Below, one piece after another: positions 31,960 through 40,939 of a DNA stretch of 64,000 nt. The position numbers and the translations under genes were made by a program. The stretch's first letter is position 1. Each line of letters begins with the position of its first letter. The notes under the pieces were generated by a model, which made no database searches, was not told the origin of the DNA, and worked only from the letters and a program-made list of their open reading frames with translations. Location: NCBI GenBank assembly GCA_013287085.1, contig JABDEM010000003.1, positions 4,518-68,517 on the forward strand. Reading direction: 5' to 3'. Source of the stretch: Gammaproteobacteria bacterium (GTDB lineage Bacteria; Pseudomonadota; Gammaproteobacteria; DSM-16500).

Positions 31960-32284
31960 CACATAAATTCCCATTTCTGTCAGCCCCGCATAAACGCCGC
32001 TCTGCTTACCTCACATAAACCCCAATCCTGTCATACCTCGCACTAATCCCCCCCAGCCCTGTCACCCCGCACTTGTTGCGGGGTCCGGTGTATAAAAAAA
32101 CAAAGGAGAAATATGAAAGAATTCACTTATTACGTTTATATCTTAACAAAAGAAAGAATCAGCATATTTTATGTGGGCGTTACCAACAATCTAATTAGAA
32201 GAGTATACGAGGACCCCGCAACAAGTGCGGGGTGACAAAGTCAAGTGTAGGGTGACAAAGGCCAGTGCGGGGTGCCAAAGACTC
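31960..32284. repeat. Composite palindromic repeat region (hairpin family CTGTCACCCCGCAC-TTGT-TGCGGGGT)
   Basis: Left side: three degenerate half-sites at 31977-31990, 32028-32043 and 32059-32072. Perfect 26-bp inverted repeat arms at 32061-32086 (GTCACCCCGCACTTGTTGCGGGGTCC) and 32211-32236. Right side: three in-phase 20-bp tandem units at 32225-32284. Confidence 0.85.
32113..32235 (+). pseudogene. GIY-YIG nuclease family gene remnant (N-terminal ~33 codons only)
   Basis: AAAGGAG RBS followed by ATG. The translation MKEFTYYVYILTKERISIFYVGVTNNLIRRVYE matches the GIY...YVG...N..RR N-terminal motif of small GIY-YIG proteins. The frame then runs into the right hairpin arm (DPATSAG*) and stops. 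Confidence 0.7.
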
Positions 32285-32286
32285 AA

Positions 32287-32529
32287 TTAAACAATAATCG
32301 CGCCAGCTGATTTTGATAAAGAATTTTTATCTTCATTAGCAATATCATGCTTAGTAAAATTGCGGCCGCCATAAATCATAGTAGAAGAGGGGCTATTGGT
32401 TGCTAAAACCATGTGTTTTTTCTGTAAGTGATTAGCAATTTTTGAACTTAGATTATTGTTAGCGATGGATTCTGCGTGACTCATTTGGCTCATTAATAAA
32501 GCAGCAGTTAAGATTAAATGCTTTCTCAT
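32287..32529 (-). CDS. Small secreted hypothetical protein
   Basis: 80-aa ORF with a signal peptide (MRKHLILTAALLMSQMSHA), an AGGAGA RBS, and a TGgTATAAT extended -10 element about 40 nt upstream. Confidence 0.55.
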   Translation of the reverse strand: MRKHLILTAALLMSQMSHAESIANNNLSSKIANHLQKKHMVLATNSPSSTMIYGGRNFTKHDIANEDKNSLSKSAGAIIV

Positions 32530-32569
32530 TCTTCTTCTCCTGGTGTTATTGACTGACTAGATAAAACAC

Positions 32570-32578
32570 ATTATACCA
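32570..32578 (-). promoter_or_regulatory. Putative extended -10 promoter (TGGTATAAT on minus strand)
   Basis: The reverse complement of 32570-32578 reads TGGTATAAT, upstream of the 32529 ATG. Pattern only. Confidence 0.35.
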
Positions 32579-32628
32579 AATTTTTTTTGTACAAAGTAGC
32601 GCTAGTTGAACTATTTTTTTATTATAAA

Positions 32629-33723
32629 TCAATCAGTTAGGGCCTCTACCTTTTCAATCTGAATAAAACGATCGGTAATTTTTTTAGCCGAGGTGTGGAC
32701 GAGCTCAACATCTTCATTGGCTTGCTTAATATGCTGCGAGAGCTTATCCATGCGGGTTTGGAAGCGTTTAAAATCCTCCGCCAATAGCATTAAGTGCTTT
32801 TGAATAATATCAATTTGCTCACGAGTAGCCGCGTCTTTTAACACAGCACGAGCAGTAGTCAGTACCGCCATCATGGTGGTGGGGGAGACCATCCACACGC
32901 GTGCGCGATGCGCAATTTCAACTAATTCAGGGAATCTTGAGTGAATCTCCGCAAAAATAGCTTCTGCTGGAATAAACATCATGGCACCATCAGCCGTTTC
33001 ATTCGGGATAATATATTTCTCTGAAATATCTTGAATATGCTTTTTGATATCCATTTTAAATTGTTGTTCAACCGCTCGTTGATCAGGACTTGTCGCTAAT
33101 AAACGATAGTTTTCTAAGGGAAATTTAGCATCGATTGCAATATTGCCAGAAGGATCGGGTAATAATAAAAGACAATCTGGGCGTTTGCCATTACTTAGCG
33201 TATGTTGAAATGAAAAATGCTGTTCGGGCAATACATTACGGATTAAAGCTGATAATTGCACTTCACCAAAAGTTCCGCGGGATCTTTTGTCTGTTAAAAC
33301 ATCTTGCAAACTAGTGACATTCGTTGAAAGTTCCGAAATTTGTTTTTGCGCAGCATCAATCAATGCTAAACGCTTAATTACATCGGTAAAAGTTTCCGTC
33401 GTTTTTTCAAAACCTGCCGCTAAACGCGTTTCGACTTGCTGGTTAATTTCTTTAAGCCGTAAATCAGTCGTTTGGTTTAAAGCTTCAATGCGTTTTCCTA
33501 ATTCTGTTGAATAGTCTACTAATGATTCTTTTACGCCGCGTCTGGTTTCTTGAACGCCTGTTTGTAGAGTATCTTGCAGCATTTTTAATGAATTAAAAAG
33601 GGATTGAGATTGTTGTAGTGAAGATTCATTCAGTTTAGTCAGAACATTTTCTTTTAATCGCCAAAGAAATGCTGCAATCCCAAGAGTTAACAAAATCATC
33701 ATAAACGCGGCTAAAAAAATCAT
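32629..33723 (-). CDS. rmuC: DNA recombination protein RmuC
   Basis: N-terminal TM, long coiled-coil, and a C-terminal RmuC nuclease-like region (PDCLLLLPD...IDAKFPLENY...MFIPAEAIF). 364 aa. Confidence 0.85.
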   Translation of the reverse strand: MIFLAAFMMILLTLGIAAFLWRLKENVLTKLNESSLQQSQSLFNSLKMLQDTLQTGVQETRRGVKESLVDYSTELGKRIEALNQTTDLRLKEINQQVETRLAAGFEKTTETFTDVIKRLALIDAAQKQISELSTNVTSLQDVLTDKRSRGTFGEVQLSALIRNVLPEQHFSFQHTLSNGKRPDCLLLLPDPSGNIAIDAKFPLENYRLLATSPDQRAVEQQFKMDIKKHIQDISEKYIIPNETADGAMMFIPAEAIFAEIHSRFPELVEIAHRARVWMVSPTTMMAVLTTARAVLKDAATREQIDIIQKHLMLLAEDFKRFQTRMDKLSQHIKQANEDVELVHTSAKKITDRFIQIEKVEALTD

Positions 33724-33732
33724 CGTATATCC

Positions 33733-34545
33733 TTATTTAAAATAGGGCAGAGTGGCCATCCAAGATCTATGGTTGATTTCATTATTTTGTTCTGGGTAGG
33801 TTTTTACAAATTCCAACCAACTCGCTTCTGGATGTTTCTTTAAGTAATCCGAACCTTTTTTAACGGCTTTCATAAAATTTGCCCACCTCGGGTCTTTAAT
33901 AGAGTTTTTTTGCACGACAAAAATCAGCTCACTATAAGAGTGTACACCATGTTCTTCCGGATAAAAAACTCTAGCGGGTTGCCCTAGAAGTTCCATTTGT
34001 ATAGGTTCTACCGTTCGCATCATGCCCGTTACGGCGTCTATTTTTTTAGAAAGCAGAGCTTGGGTTAAATCATAATGCACATTAATTAACTCTATATCGT
34101 TTAATGTTAAACCAACCGTTTTTAACATGATTGCAAGCAGGGTGGTATTAAAACCACTTCCACAATAACCTACCCGTTTGCCTTTTAAATCTTTAAGCGT
34201 TTTTATGGGGCCATTTTTTAACACAACCAAACTGGTTAAAGGATGATTAATAAGATCACCTATTTTCTCTAAAGGCAAACCTCGCGCTACATCTTCCCGA
34301 TATTGAGGTTCATAGGTGATCGCAATATCAGCTTTACCTGCCGCCACTAATTTGGGGGGATCTGTGGGGTCAGCAGGCCCAATTAAATCTACCTCCAAAT
34401 TTTCAGCTTTAAAATAACCTTGTTGTTTGGCAACAAATAAAGGCGCATGGCAGGGGTTCGGAAACCAGTCTAATAAGACGGTAATTTTTTCAGCGTCAGC
34501 TGTTATTGCAAAAAATAATAAACTTAAAAATAAAATTATGCGCAT
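33733..34545 (-). CDS. ABC transporter substrate-binding protein, NMT1/THI5-like (NitT/TauT family)
   Basis: Signal peptide, then KITVLLDWFPNPCHAPLFVAKQQGYF...DIAITYEPQ, typical of NMT1/THI5-like binding proteins. Confidence 0.8.
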   Translation of the reverse strand: MRIILFLSLLFFAITADAEKITVLLDWFPNPCHAPLFVAKQQGYFKAENLEVDLIGPADPTDPPKLVAAGKADIAITYEPQYREDVARGLPLEKIGDLINHPLTSLVVLKNGPIKTLKDLKGKRVGYCGSGFNTTLLAIMLKTVGLTLNDIELINVHYDLTQALLSKKIDAVTGMMRTVEPIQMELLGQPARVFYPEEHGVHSYSELIFVVQKNSIKDPRWANFMKAVKKGSDYLKKHPEASWLEFVKTYPEQNNEINHRSWMATLPYFK

Positions 34546-34554
34546 AGTATAACA

Positions 34555-35286
34555 TCACCAGTAAATAATTTTCTTTAATAAATAATCCACAATAAAATAT
34601 AATGATAAAGAAAAAGTAATTAACACAAATAAAGCCGCAAACATTAAGTCAATTTGCATATGACCATTGGCATTTAGCATGAGAAACCCAAGGCCGCGGC
34701 TAGAACCTACCCATTCGCCAATCACAGCGCCAATAGGGGCAATAGCTGTTGCGATACGAATTCCGGATGCAAGATGGGGGAGAGCAGCTGGAATTCGAAT
34801 ATGCCAAAAAGTTTTAAAACGCGAGGCATTCATGGTTTTTGCCAAATCCAACCACCCTTGTTCAGTGCGATGTAAGCCATCATAGAAAGCATTAGTAATC
34901 GGGAAAAATAACATAATAATAGTTGTCATAACTTTAGAAGCTAATCCATAGCCTAACCAGATTACTAATAAAGGCGCGATCGCAAAAGTAGGAATAGCCT
35001 GGCTTACTAATAAAATGGGCGAAAGTCCCCAGGCTAAAGGCTTAAAAAATGCCATGCCGAAAGCGGCAAGACAGCCTAATAATATTCCTAATAATAATCC
35101 CAAAAAAGTTTCAATGACGGTAGGAATGGATTCATGTCCAATTAAATCGGCTTGTATATAAAGAGTATTAAAAACCTGTAAGGGACCTGGCAAAATATAA
35201 GAGGGCAGGCGGAAGAAACTCACAATAGCTTGCCAAATTAACAGCAAGAAAATAAAAACAATAATACCGCGCAGCAAGAGTTTCAT
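34555..35286 (-). CDS. ABC transporter permease (NitT/TauT family)
   Basis: Six predicted TM segments and an EAA-like loop (LAKTMNASRFKTFWHIRIPAALP). ATGA overlap with the ATPase gene. Confidence 0.85.
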   Translation of the reverse strand: MKLLLRGIIVFIFLLLIWQAIVSFFRLPSYILPGPLQVFNTLYIQADLIGHESIPTVIETFLGLLLGILLGCLAAFGMAFFKPLAWGLSPILLVSQAIPTFAIAPLLVIWLGYGLASKVMTTIIMLFFPITNAFYDGLHRTEQGWLDLAKTMNASRFKTFWHIRIPAALPHLASGIRIATAIAPIGAVIGEWVGSSRGLGFLMLNANGHMQIDLMFAALFVLITFSLSLYFIVDYLLKKIIYW

Positions 35287-36026
35287 AAGAATTTATCCTT
35301 AGCGAGCGCATGAAAAATTTCAGCTTGATGATGTATCACTTCAGGATCTGCTAAATCACGTGGAATGGGTGAGTCTAAAATTAATCGATAGGTTATTTTT
35401 GCAGGATGACCTGAAAGAATATAAATTTCCTGGCCTAAACGTAACGCTTCAAATAAATCATGGGTGACTAATAATACGGTACGATCTTTTAATAATTTAG
35501 CGGAAAGTGTTTGCATTTCTAATCTGGTTAGCGCATCTAAACCTGAGAAAGGCTCATCCATTAAAATAATAGATCGATCAGTCAATAAAGTACGCGCAAG
35601 CGCAACTCTTTGCCGCATACCGCCGGATAATTGTTTAGGTAATTTATTTTCACTGCCTCTTAATCCCATTTTAGAAAATAAGTCTTTCGCATTTCGAACT
35701 AAATTTTTTAAATCACATTGCGCAGGGTTTAATTCTGCAATTAAAAGCGCATTGTCCATCGCTGATAACCAAGGCAACAATAAATCATCTTGGGCCATGT
35801 AAGTAATTTGGCTAGTATCCGTATGGACTATGCCTGATGATTTTTCTTCTTTTCCAACTGGCGCAAGCTTAGCAATCAATCTTAAAAGACTGCTTTTTCC
35901 CACACCACTAGGGCCCAATAAACACGTTATTTTATTAGGGGTTAAAGTAAAATTTAAATGATCAAATAATAATGTTTCGTGATAAGAAAATGAGACGTTT
36001 TCTAGTTGTATCGGAGTGTAATTCAT
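35283..36026 (-). CDS. ABC transporter ATP-binding protein
   Basis: Walker A GPSGVGKSS, signature LSGGMRQR, Walker B ILMDEPFS. The start is taken at ATG 36026; the track start at 36032 is a TTG. Confidence 0.9.
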   Translation of the reverse strand: MNYTPIQLENVSFSYHETLLFDHLNFTLTPNKITCLLGPSGVGKSSLLRLIAKLAPVGKEEKSSGIVHTDTSQITYMAQDDLLLPWLSAMDNALLIAELNPAQCDLKNLVRNAKDLFSKMGLRGSENKLPKQLSGGMRQRVALARTLLTDRSIILMDEPFSGLDALTRLEMQTLSAKLLKDRTVLLVTHDLFEALRLGQEIYILSGHPAKITYRLILDSPIPRDLADPEVIHHQAEIFHALAKDKFL

Positions 36027-36073
36027 GACCAAAGATGCTATATTAGTTACCTTTTTTAGTCAACGAGAATGCG

Positions 36074-37027
36074 ATGTTAGACCGAAGAATTTCAGTGGCG
36101 CCCATGATGGATTGTACCGATAGGCATGATAGGTACTTTTTGCGTCTCATTGCGCCTAATATTTTGCTTTATTCTGAAATGATCACGACCCATGCGTTGA
36201 TTCATGGGGACGTTCATAAACACTTAATTTTTAATGCCCTAGAACATCCGCTGGCTTTGCAGCTAGGGGGTAGCAACCCTAAGGATTTAGCTCATTGTGC
36301 GAAATTGGGGGAGTCTTTCGGCTATGATGAAATTAACTTGAATGTAGGCTGTCCCAGCGACAGGGTAAAATCCGGGCGATTTGGGGCCTGTTTAATGCTA
36401 GAACCTGATCTGGTCGCAGAATGTATTGCTGCTATGATTGCGGCCGTTAAAATTCCTGTGACAGTAAAATGCCGCATTGGTGTTGATAACCAAGACTCTT
36501 ATGGATCCTTAAAAAATTTTATTGAAAAAGTATCAGCAACTGGCTGTAATGTTTTTATTATTCATGCGCGCAAAGCTTGGTTAAATGGTTTAAGTCCAAA
36601 AGAAAATCGCGAAATTCCACCCTTACAATATGCTGTAGTGCGACAAATTAAACAGGATTACCCTGATTTAACTATTGTTATAAATGGTGGAATTAAAACG
36701 CTCGAGCAAGTAGATGAACATTTGCAATTTCTAGATGGCGTGATGATGGGAAGAGAAGCATATGCAAATCCCTATTTATTAGCGGCGATTAATGAAAAAT
36801 ATTTTGCGACCAAGAGTCAGTCGCGAGAAGCTATTATCGAAGCGTTAATTCCTTATGTGGAAGAACAATTACAAAAAGGCGTGCGTTTGCCTAGCATTGT
36901 ACGACATATTTTGGGCTTGTATCATGGCGAGCCTAATGCGAGACAATGGAGAAGGTTTTTGACGGAGCAGGGGCGTGCTAAAGATGTAGATGCAACCCTA
37001 TTGCATGAATCATTAAGGGTTTTTTAA
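36074..37027 (+). CDS. dusA: tRNA-dihydrouridine(20/20a) synthase
   Basis: ISVAPMMDCTDRHDRYFLRLI...NLNVGCPSDRV...VKCRIG, the DusA family. Confidence 0.92.
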   Translation: MLDRRISVAPMMDCTDRHDRYFLRLIAPNILLYSEMITTHALIHGDVHKHLIFNALEHPLALQLGGSNPKDLAHCAKLGESFGYDEINLNVGCPSDRVKSGRFGACLMLEPDLVAECIAAMIAAVKIPVTVKCRIGVDNQDSYGSLKNFIEKVSATGCNVFIIHARKAWLNGLSPKENREIPPLQYAVVRQIKQDYPDLTIVINGGIKTLEQVDEHLQFLDGVMMGREAYANPYLLAAINEKYFATKSQSREAIIEALIPYVEEQLQKGVRLPSIVRHILGLYHGEPNARQWRRFLTEQGRAKDVDATLLHESLRVF

Positions 37028-38136
37028 AGCGTAAATAAAATCTCCCGCGCCACTTTAATAATTTTACTATTCTGCACATATCGATTGGTTAAAATAATAA
37101 TACCTGATTTTTTATTAGGAATGATAGCAATATAAGCTCTAAATCCTTTAGCGGTGCCCGTTTTATCCATTAAGCTATTGCCATCAAATTTTTGTTGATC
37201 TTTGTCTATAGGTTTTGCAGTTAACTCCACCATTTTATCTGAAGGATTTAATAGTTTGTCTTTGTTTTTATAAGGCTCTGGATAAATAACCCAACCCATG
37301 CCTTGATTAAACTCTGATGTGGATACAAAAGGGGTTTCTGTTAAATGTACGGCGTCAATTATATTAGTAGGGGTACCTGGCAAAGCCAAAGTGGTTTTTA
37401 AAAATATCAGCATATCAGCGCCTGTGGCTTTAAGTGCAGCAGCGGCTGGGAAAAATCCAACGCGCGAATGGGGGACTGCCTTATCATCACTATAACCCTG
37501 CGCATAATTTTTAAGGTTTTTAACTTCTAAACCAATATCTTTCATGCCTAACGGACTAAACAATTGTGCTTGATAAAGTTGTGCTATGGGTTTATTAGTT
37601 ACTTTTTCTAAAGCAAAACCAATTAATCCAAAATTAATATTAGAATATTGCCATTTTGTACCGACGGTAAATTCAGGGCGCCATTGATCAAAATAATTTT
37701 TTAATTCATCATTGGTTCTAAGTTCATTAGGGACGTTCAATGCAAAACCTGAAGTGTGAGTTGCTAAATCAATGAGCGTAATATCCTTCATTTTATCGTT
37801 TAACAAATTAGGTAAATATTTTTCGATAGAATCATCTAAATGCATTTTTCGGGCATTAATTTCTTCTGCTAAAAGAATACTAGTAAAAATTTTTGTGAAC
37901 GAAGCGATTTCAAAAATAGTGTTTTTGTTAACAGGAATTTTATGTTTTTTTTCCGCATACCCAAAATAATAAGAATGCGGTTTGCCGTGGTCATAGATTA
38001 ACACTGCAGCGCCTGGAATTTGATTTTTAGCCATCCAAGAGGTGATGGTTTTATCTACACTTGCGTAAGTAGTTGAAGTTAATAGCAGTAAAAGGGCACA
38101 TTGACAAAATTTTGCTAAGCGATATAATTTTAGCAC
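37024..38136 (-). CDS. Class C (AmpC-like) beta-lactamase / serine hydrolase
   Basis: Signal peptide. S-x-x-K (SFTK), Y-x-N (YSN) and K-T-G (DKTGT) motifs occur in the correct order. GTG start with an AAGAGGA RBS. Confidence 0.8.
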   Translation of the reverse strand: MLKLYRLAKFCQCALLLLLTSTTYASVDKTITSWMAKNQIPGAAVLIYDHGKPHSYYFGYAEKKHKIPVNKNTIFEIASFTKIFTSILLAEEINARKMHLDDSIEKYLPNLLNDKMKDITLIDLATHTSGFALNVPNELRTNDELKNYFDQWRPEFTVGTKWQYSNINFGLIGFALEKVTNKPIAQLYQAQLFSPLGMKDIGLEVKNLKNYAQGYSDDKAVPHSRVGFFPAAAALKATGADMLIFLKTTLALPGTPTNIIDAVHLTETPFVSTSEFNQGMGWVIYPEPYKNKDKLLNPSDKMVELTAKPIDKDQQKFDGNSLMDKTGTAKGFRAYIAIIPNKKSGIIILTNRYVQNSKIIKVAREILFTL

Positions 38137-38167
38137 AAAATTAATCCTCTTATAAGGGTCTTTATTA

Positions 38168-38821
38168 ATGAAATTTCTATCTCTTATTTTTATTCTATTA
38201 TTTTCAGTTTCTAGTGTTTTTGCTAAAGAACCCGAGAACTTACAGGTTCTTATCCAACAATTAATTCATTATCATGATTCTAAAGAATACGATCAAGATA
38301 TCAAACAAGTCATAGATCAAGCCAGTGATTATTTGCACCATCGATTAGAAAGCCCTACGGATAAAAATAAGCCTTTGGCTATGATATTAGATATCGATGA
38401 AACTTCTCTTTCTAATTATCCTGATTTATATAAAATGCATTTTGGTGGCTCTTTTAGAGAAGTGCAGGATCTTGAAGGGAAAGGGACTGATCCTCTCATT
38501 TCTCCTACTTTAGCACTGTATAATTATGCTAAAGCCAATAAAGTCGCTGTATTTTTTGTAACAGGACGCACAGAAAGATATAAAGAAGCGACAGCAAAAA
38601 ATCTAGAGCGCGCAGGATATAAAAATTGGGATGGGTTATATTTAAAACCTGAAAATTATAATTTAAATTCTGCTTCGTTTTACAAAGCTAACATTCGAAA
38701 AGAAATTGAAAATCAAGGTTTCGATATTGTGTTAAATATTGGTGACCAAGAAAGTGATTTAGTGGGTGGGTATGCGGATAAAACGTTTAAGCTGCCTAAT
38801 CCGTATTATTTTGTGCCTTAA
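38168..38821 (+). CDS. HAD-superfamily IIIB acid phosphatase (secreted)
   Basis: Signal peptide, DxDxT motif (LDIDETSLSN), and downstream VTGR and GDQESD motifs. Confidence 0.85.
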   Translation: MKFLSLIFILLFSVSSVFAKEPENLQVLIQQLIHYHDSKEYDQDIKQVIDQASDYLHHRLESPTDKNKPLAMILDIDETSLSNYPDLYKMHFGGSFREVQDLEGKGTDPLISPTLALYNYAKANKVAVFFVTGRTERYKEATAKNLERAGYKNWDGLYLKPENYNLNSASFYKANIRKEIENQGFDIVLNIGDQESDLVGGYADKTFKLPNPYYFVP

Positions 38822-38834
38822 CAGCGGAGGACAT

Positions 38835-39725
38835 ATGAAAGGTAAAAGCTTATTGGCATTTGTTTTTTTAACAGGGTGGGTGCAGACAGCTTTTTCAGCT
38901 TCAGAACCTTTTTTAAAAATTATTTATGCGCCACCTGCAAACGAAGAAGCATTCTATAGCAACCCTAATAGCGTGCCCATCCCATTTTTTTATTATGATG
39001 AATATAAACTTTATTTAGGAGTTTCTACGGAGAAACCCTGTAGTGATCTTACTCTTCAAACAGATGATAGGTTTGCCTACTATCCTAATAGACCCATCCC
39101 CTTCGGCGAGTCTAGCGAATCAGGAAGGGCGATATTTGCTGATCCGGAGTACACATGGATATATAGCAAGGCTCCGTGGAAGTTTTTTTCAGAAGAATTA
39201 AAAGAAATGTTACCACCTAATTTTTCTTTTACCTGTTTAAAACAGGATATTAAAAGAGATGGTAAAGTTTATTCGACCGGTGAAATAAAACTAAATTATG
39301 ATAACGAGACCCAAACTTACAAAAAAATAAATGATGTAATAGTACATTTACCTTCGCAAACACTGCTTACGTATGTGGCGAAAGGAGATACTAGCAAGGT
39401 TCAATCATTGAAAGGGAGCCTTTATGTAGGTACTTCCTGTAATGATAATGACTTAAAGCTAATACTATCCGAGTTCACGATAGATTTAAATAAGTTTCCT
39501 TTTCTAGTGACGGCTACAGATTTTAAGCTGCAAATGAAAATTCCTTATTTTACAACTGCATGGACTTGTATGATTTATAAATACAATTATAGCATTCTTA
39601 ATCCTCAATCCGGCGTTACCATTAAAAAAGAATCAACCACGGGTCCTATAAAGTTGATTTGGGATGAAGAAAGACAAACTTATACCAAAGCAGAGCCTAA
39701 TCTTGTGACTTTTGATTTGTCTTGA
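38835..39725 (+). CDS. Secreted hypothetical protein with internal two-fold repeat
   Basis: GGAGGA RBS, then ATG 38835 and a signal peptide (MKGKSLLAFVFLTGWVQTAFSA); the track start at 38766 overlaps the previous gene. Both halves end in G-x-IKL-x-(Y/W)D-x-E-x-QTY-x-K. Confidence 0.6.
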   Translation: MKGKSLLAFVFLTGWVQTAFSASEPFLKIIYAPPANEEAFYSNPNSVPIPFFYYDEYKLYLGVSTEKPCSDLTLQTDDRFAYYPNRPIPFGESSESGRAIFADPEYTWIYSKAPWKFFSEELKEMLPPNFSFTCLKQDIKRDGKVYSTGEIKLNYDNETQTYKKINDVIVHLPSQTLLTYVAKGDTSKVQSLKGSLYVGTSCNDNDLKLILSEFTIDLNKFPFLVTATDFKLQMKIPYFTTAWTCMIYKYNYSILNPQSGVTIKKESTTGPIKLIWDEERQTYTKAEPNLVTFDLS

Positions 39726-39766
39726 TTTTAATTAAATTTATCAAAATGTTTCCGCTTTCTTGCAAA

Positions 39767-39819
39767 AAACCCAAACTCTGTCACCCCGCACTTGTTGCGG
39801 GGTGACAGAGTTTGGGTTT
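39767..39819. terminator. Perfect 24-bp-stem hairpin between convergent genes (probable bidirectional terminator; REP-like family member)
   Basis: AAACCCAAACTCTGTCACCCCGCA-CTTGT-TGCGGGGTGACAGAGTTTGGGTTT. An A-run lies on the 5' side and a T-run on the 3' side. The core is identical to the 32061-32086 arm. Confidence 0.75.
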
Positions 39820-39858
39820 ATGCTGGAGGAGAGAGGAGATTAGAATAATGTGGGGAGC

Positions 39859-40929
39859 TTACTCATCCCAACTCAACGTCCCACCCGTTTGATATTCAAT
39901 GACTCTGGTTTCAAAGAAATTCTTTTCTTTCTTTAAATCCATCATTTCACTCATCCACGGAAATGGATTAGTTGCGCCTGGATATTCCGCAGATAAACCA
40001 ATTTGCGCTAAACGTCGATTCGCAATGAAATGTAAATACTCTTTAAACATTTCAGCATTCATGCCTAAAATTCCGCGCGGCATAGTATCGATTGCGTATT
40101 GATACTCTAACGCCACACCTTCTTTAACCATGTTTCGCACTTCTTGCTTAAATTGTTCAGTCCATAAACCAGGGTTTTCTAGTTTAATTTGATTGATCAC
40201 ATCAATACCAAAATTTAAGTGCATAGATTCATCACGTAAAATATATTGGAATTGTTCAGAAGTTCCGGTCATTTTATTGCGTCTACCCATAGATAATACT
40301 TGGGTAAATCCAACATAAAAGAAAATGCCTTCGAATACGACGTAGAATGCAATTAAATCACGTAATAATCGTTGGTCATTTTCAGGAGTTCCAGTATGGA
40401 AATGCGGATCGCCTAAGCTTTGAGTGTAGGGGAGACACCAAGCGGCTTTGGTAGCAACCGATGGGATTTCGCGATACATGTTAAAAACTTCAGCTTCATC
40501 CATGCCTAAGCTTTCAATCACGTGTTGATAAGCGTGAGTGTGTAGCGCTTCTTCAAACGCTTGACGTAATAAATATTGACGGCATTCGGGATTAGTAATG
40601 TGTTGGTAAACGGCTAATACTAAGTTATTCGCAACCAAAGAATCCGCTGTTGAGAAAAATCCTAAATTACGTTTAATAATCGTACGTTCATCTTCGGTTA
40701 ATCCATTCGGATCTTTCCAAAGAGCAACGTCTGCTGCCATATTAATTTCATTCGGCATCCAGTGATTAGCGCACGCATCTAAATATTTTTGCCATGCCCA
40801 TTTATATTTAAATGGCACTAATTGGTTTAAATCCGCGTGACAATTAATAATTTTTTTATCATCGACACGAATACGTGCTGCGCCCATTTCTAAAGCTTCT
40901 AGTCCTGTTGTACGTTGTGCTGTGCTCAT
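39859..40929 (-). CDS. nrdB: Ribonucleotide reductase class Ia beta subunit
   Basis: Iron ligand and radical motif EEALHTHAY (E-x-x-H-x-x-x-Y, Tyr present), and a second E..H site (DESMHLNF). The AAGGAG RBS lies 6 nt before ATG 40929; the track start at 40935 abuts the RBS. Confidence 0.93.
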   Translation of the reverse strand: MSTAQRTTGLEALEMGAARIRVDDKKIINCHADLNQLVPFKYKWAWQKYLDACANHWMPNEINMAADVALWKDPNGLTEDERTIIKRNLGFFSTADSLVANNLVLAVYQHITNPECRQYLLRQAFEEALHTHAYQHVIESLGMDEAEVFNMYREIPSVATKAAWCLPYTQSLGDPHFHTGTPENDQRLLRDLIAFYVVFEGIFFYVGFTQVLSMGRRNKMTGTSEQFQYILRDESMHLNFGIDVINQIKLENPGLWTEQFKQEVRNMVKEGVALEYQYAIDTMPRGILGMNAEMFKEYLHFIANRRLAQIGLSAEYPGATNPFPWMSEMMDLKKEKNFFETRVIEYQTGGTLSWDE

Positions 40930-40939
40930 ATTCATCTCC

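Noticed and set aside
32225..32284. Three 20-bp tandem repeats considered as a possible mini-CRISPR
   Set aside because: The units are directly adjacent with no spacers, are too short, and are half-sites of the local palindromic element. No cas genes are present.
39859..40929. Possibility that NrdB is a radical-Tyr-less class Ic (Chlamydia-type) R2
   Set aside because: The E-x-x-H-x-x-x-Y motif retains the tyrosine (EEALHTHAY), so it is an ordinary class Ia subunit.
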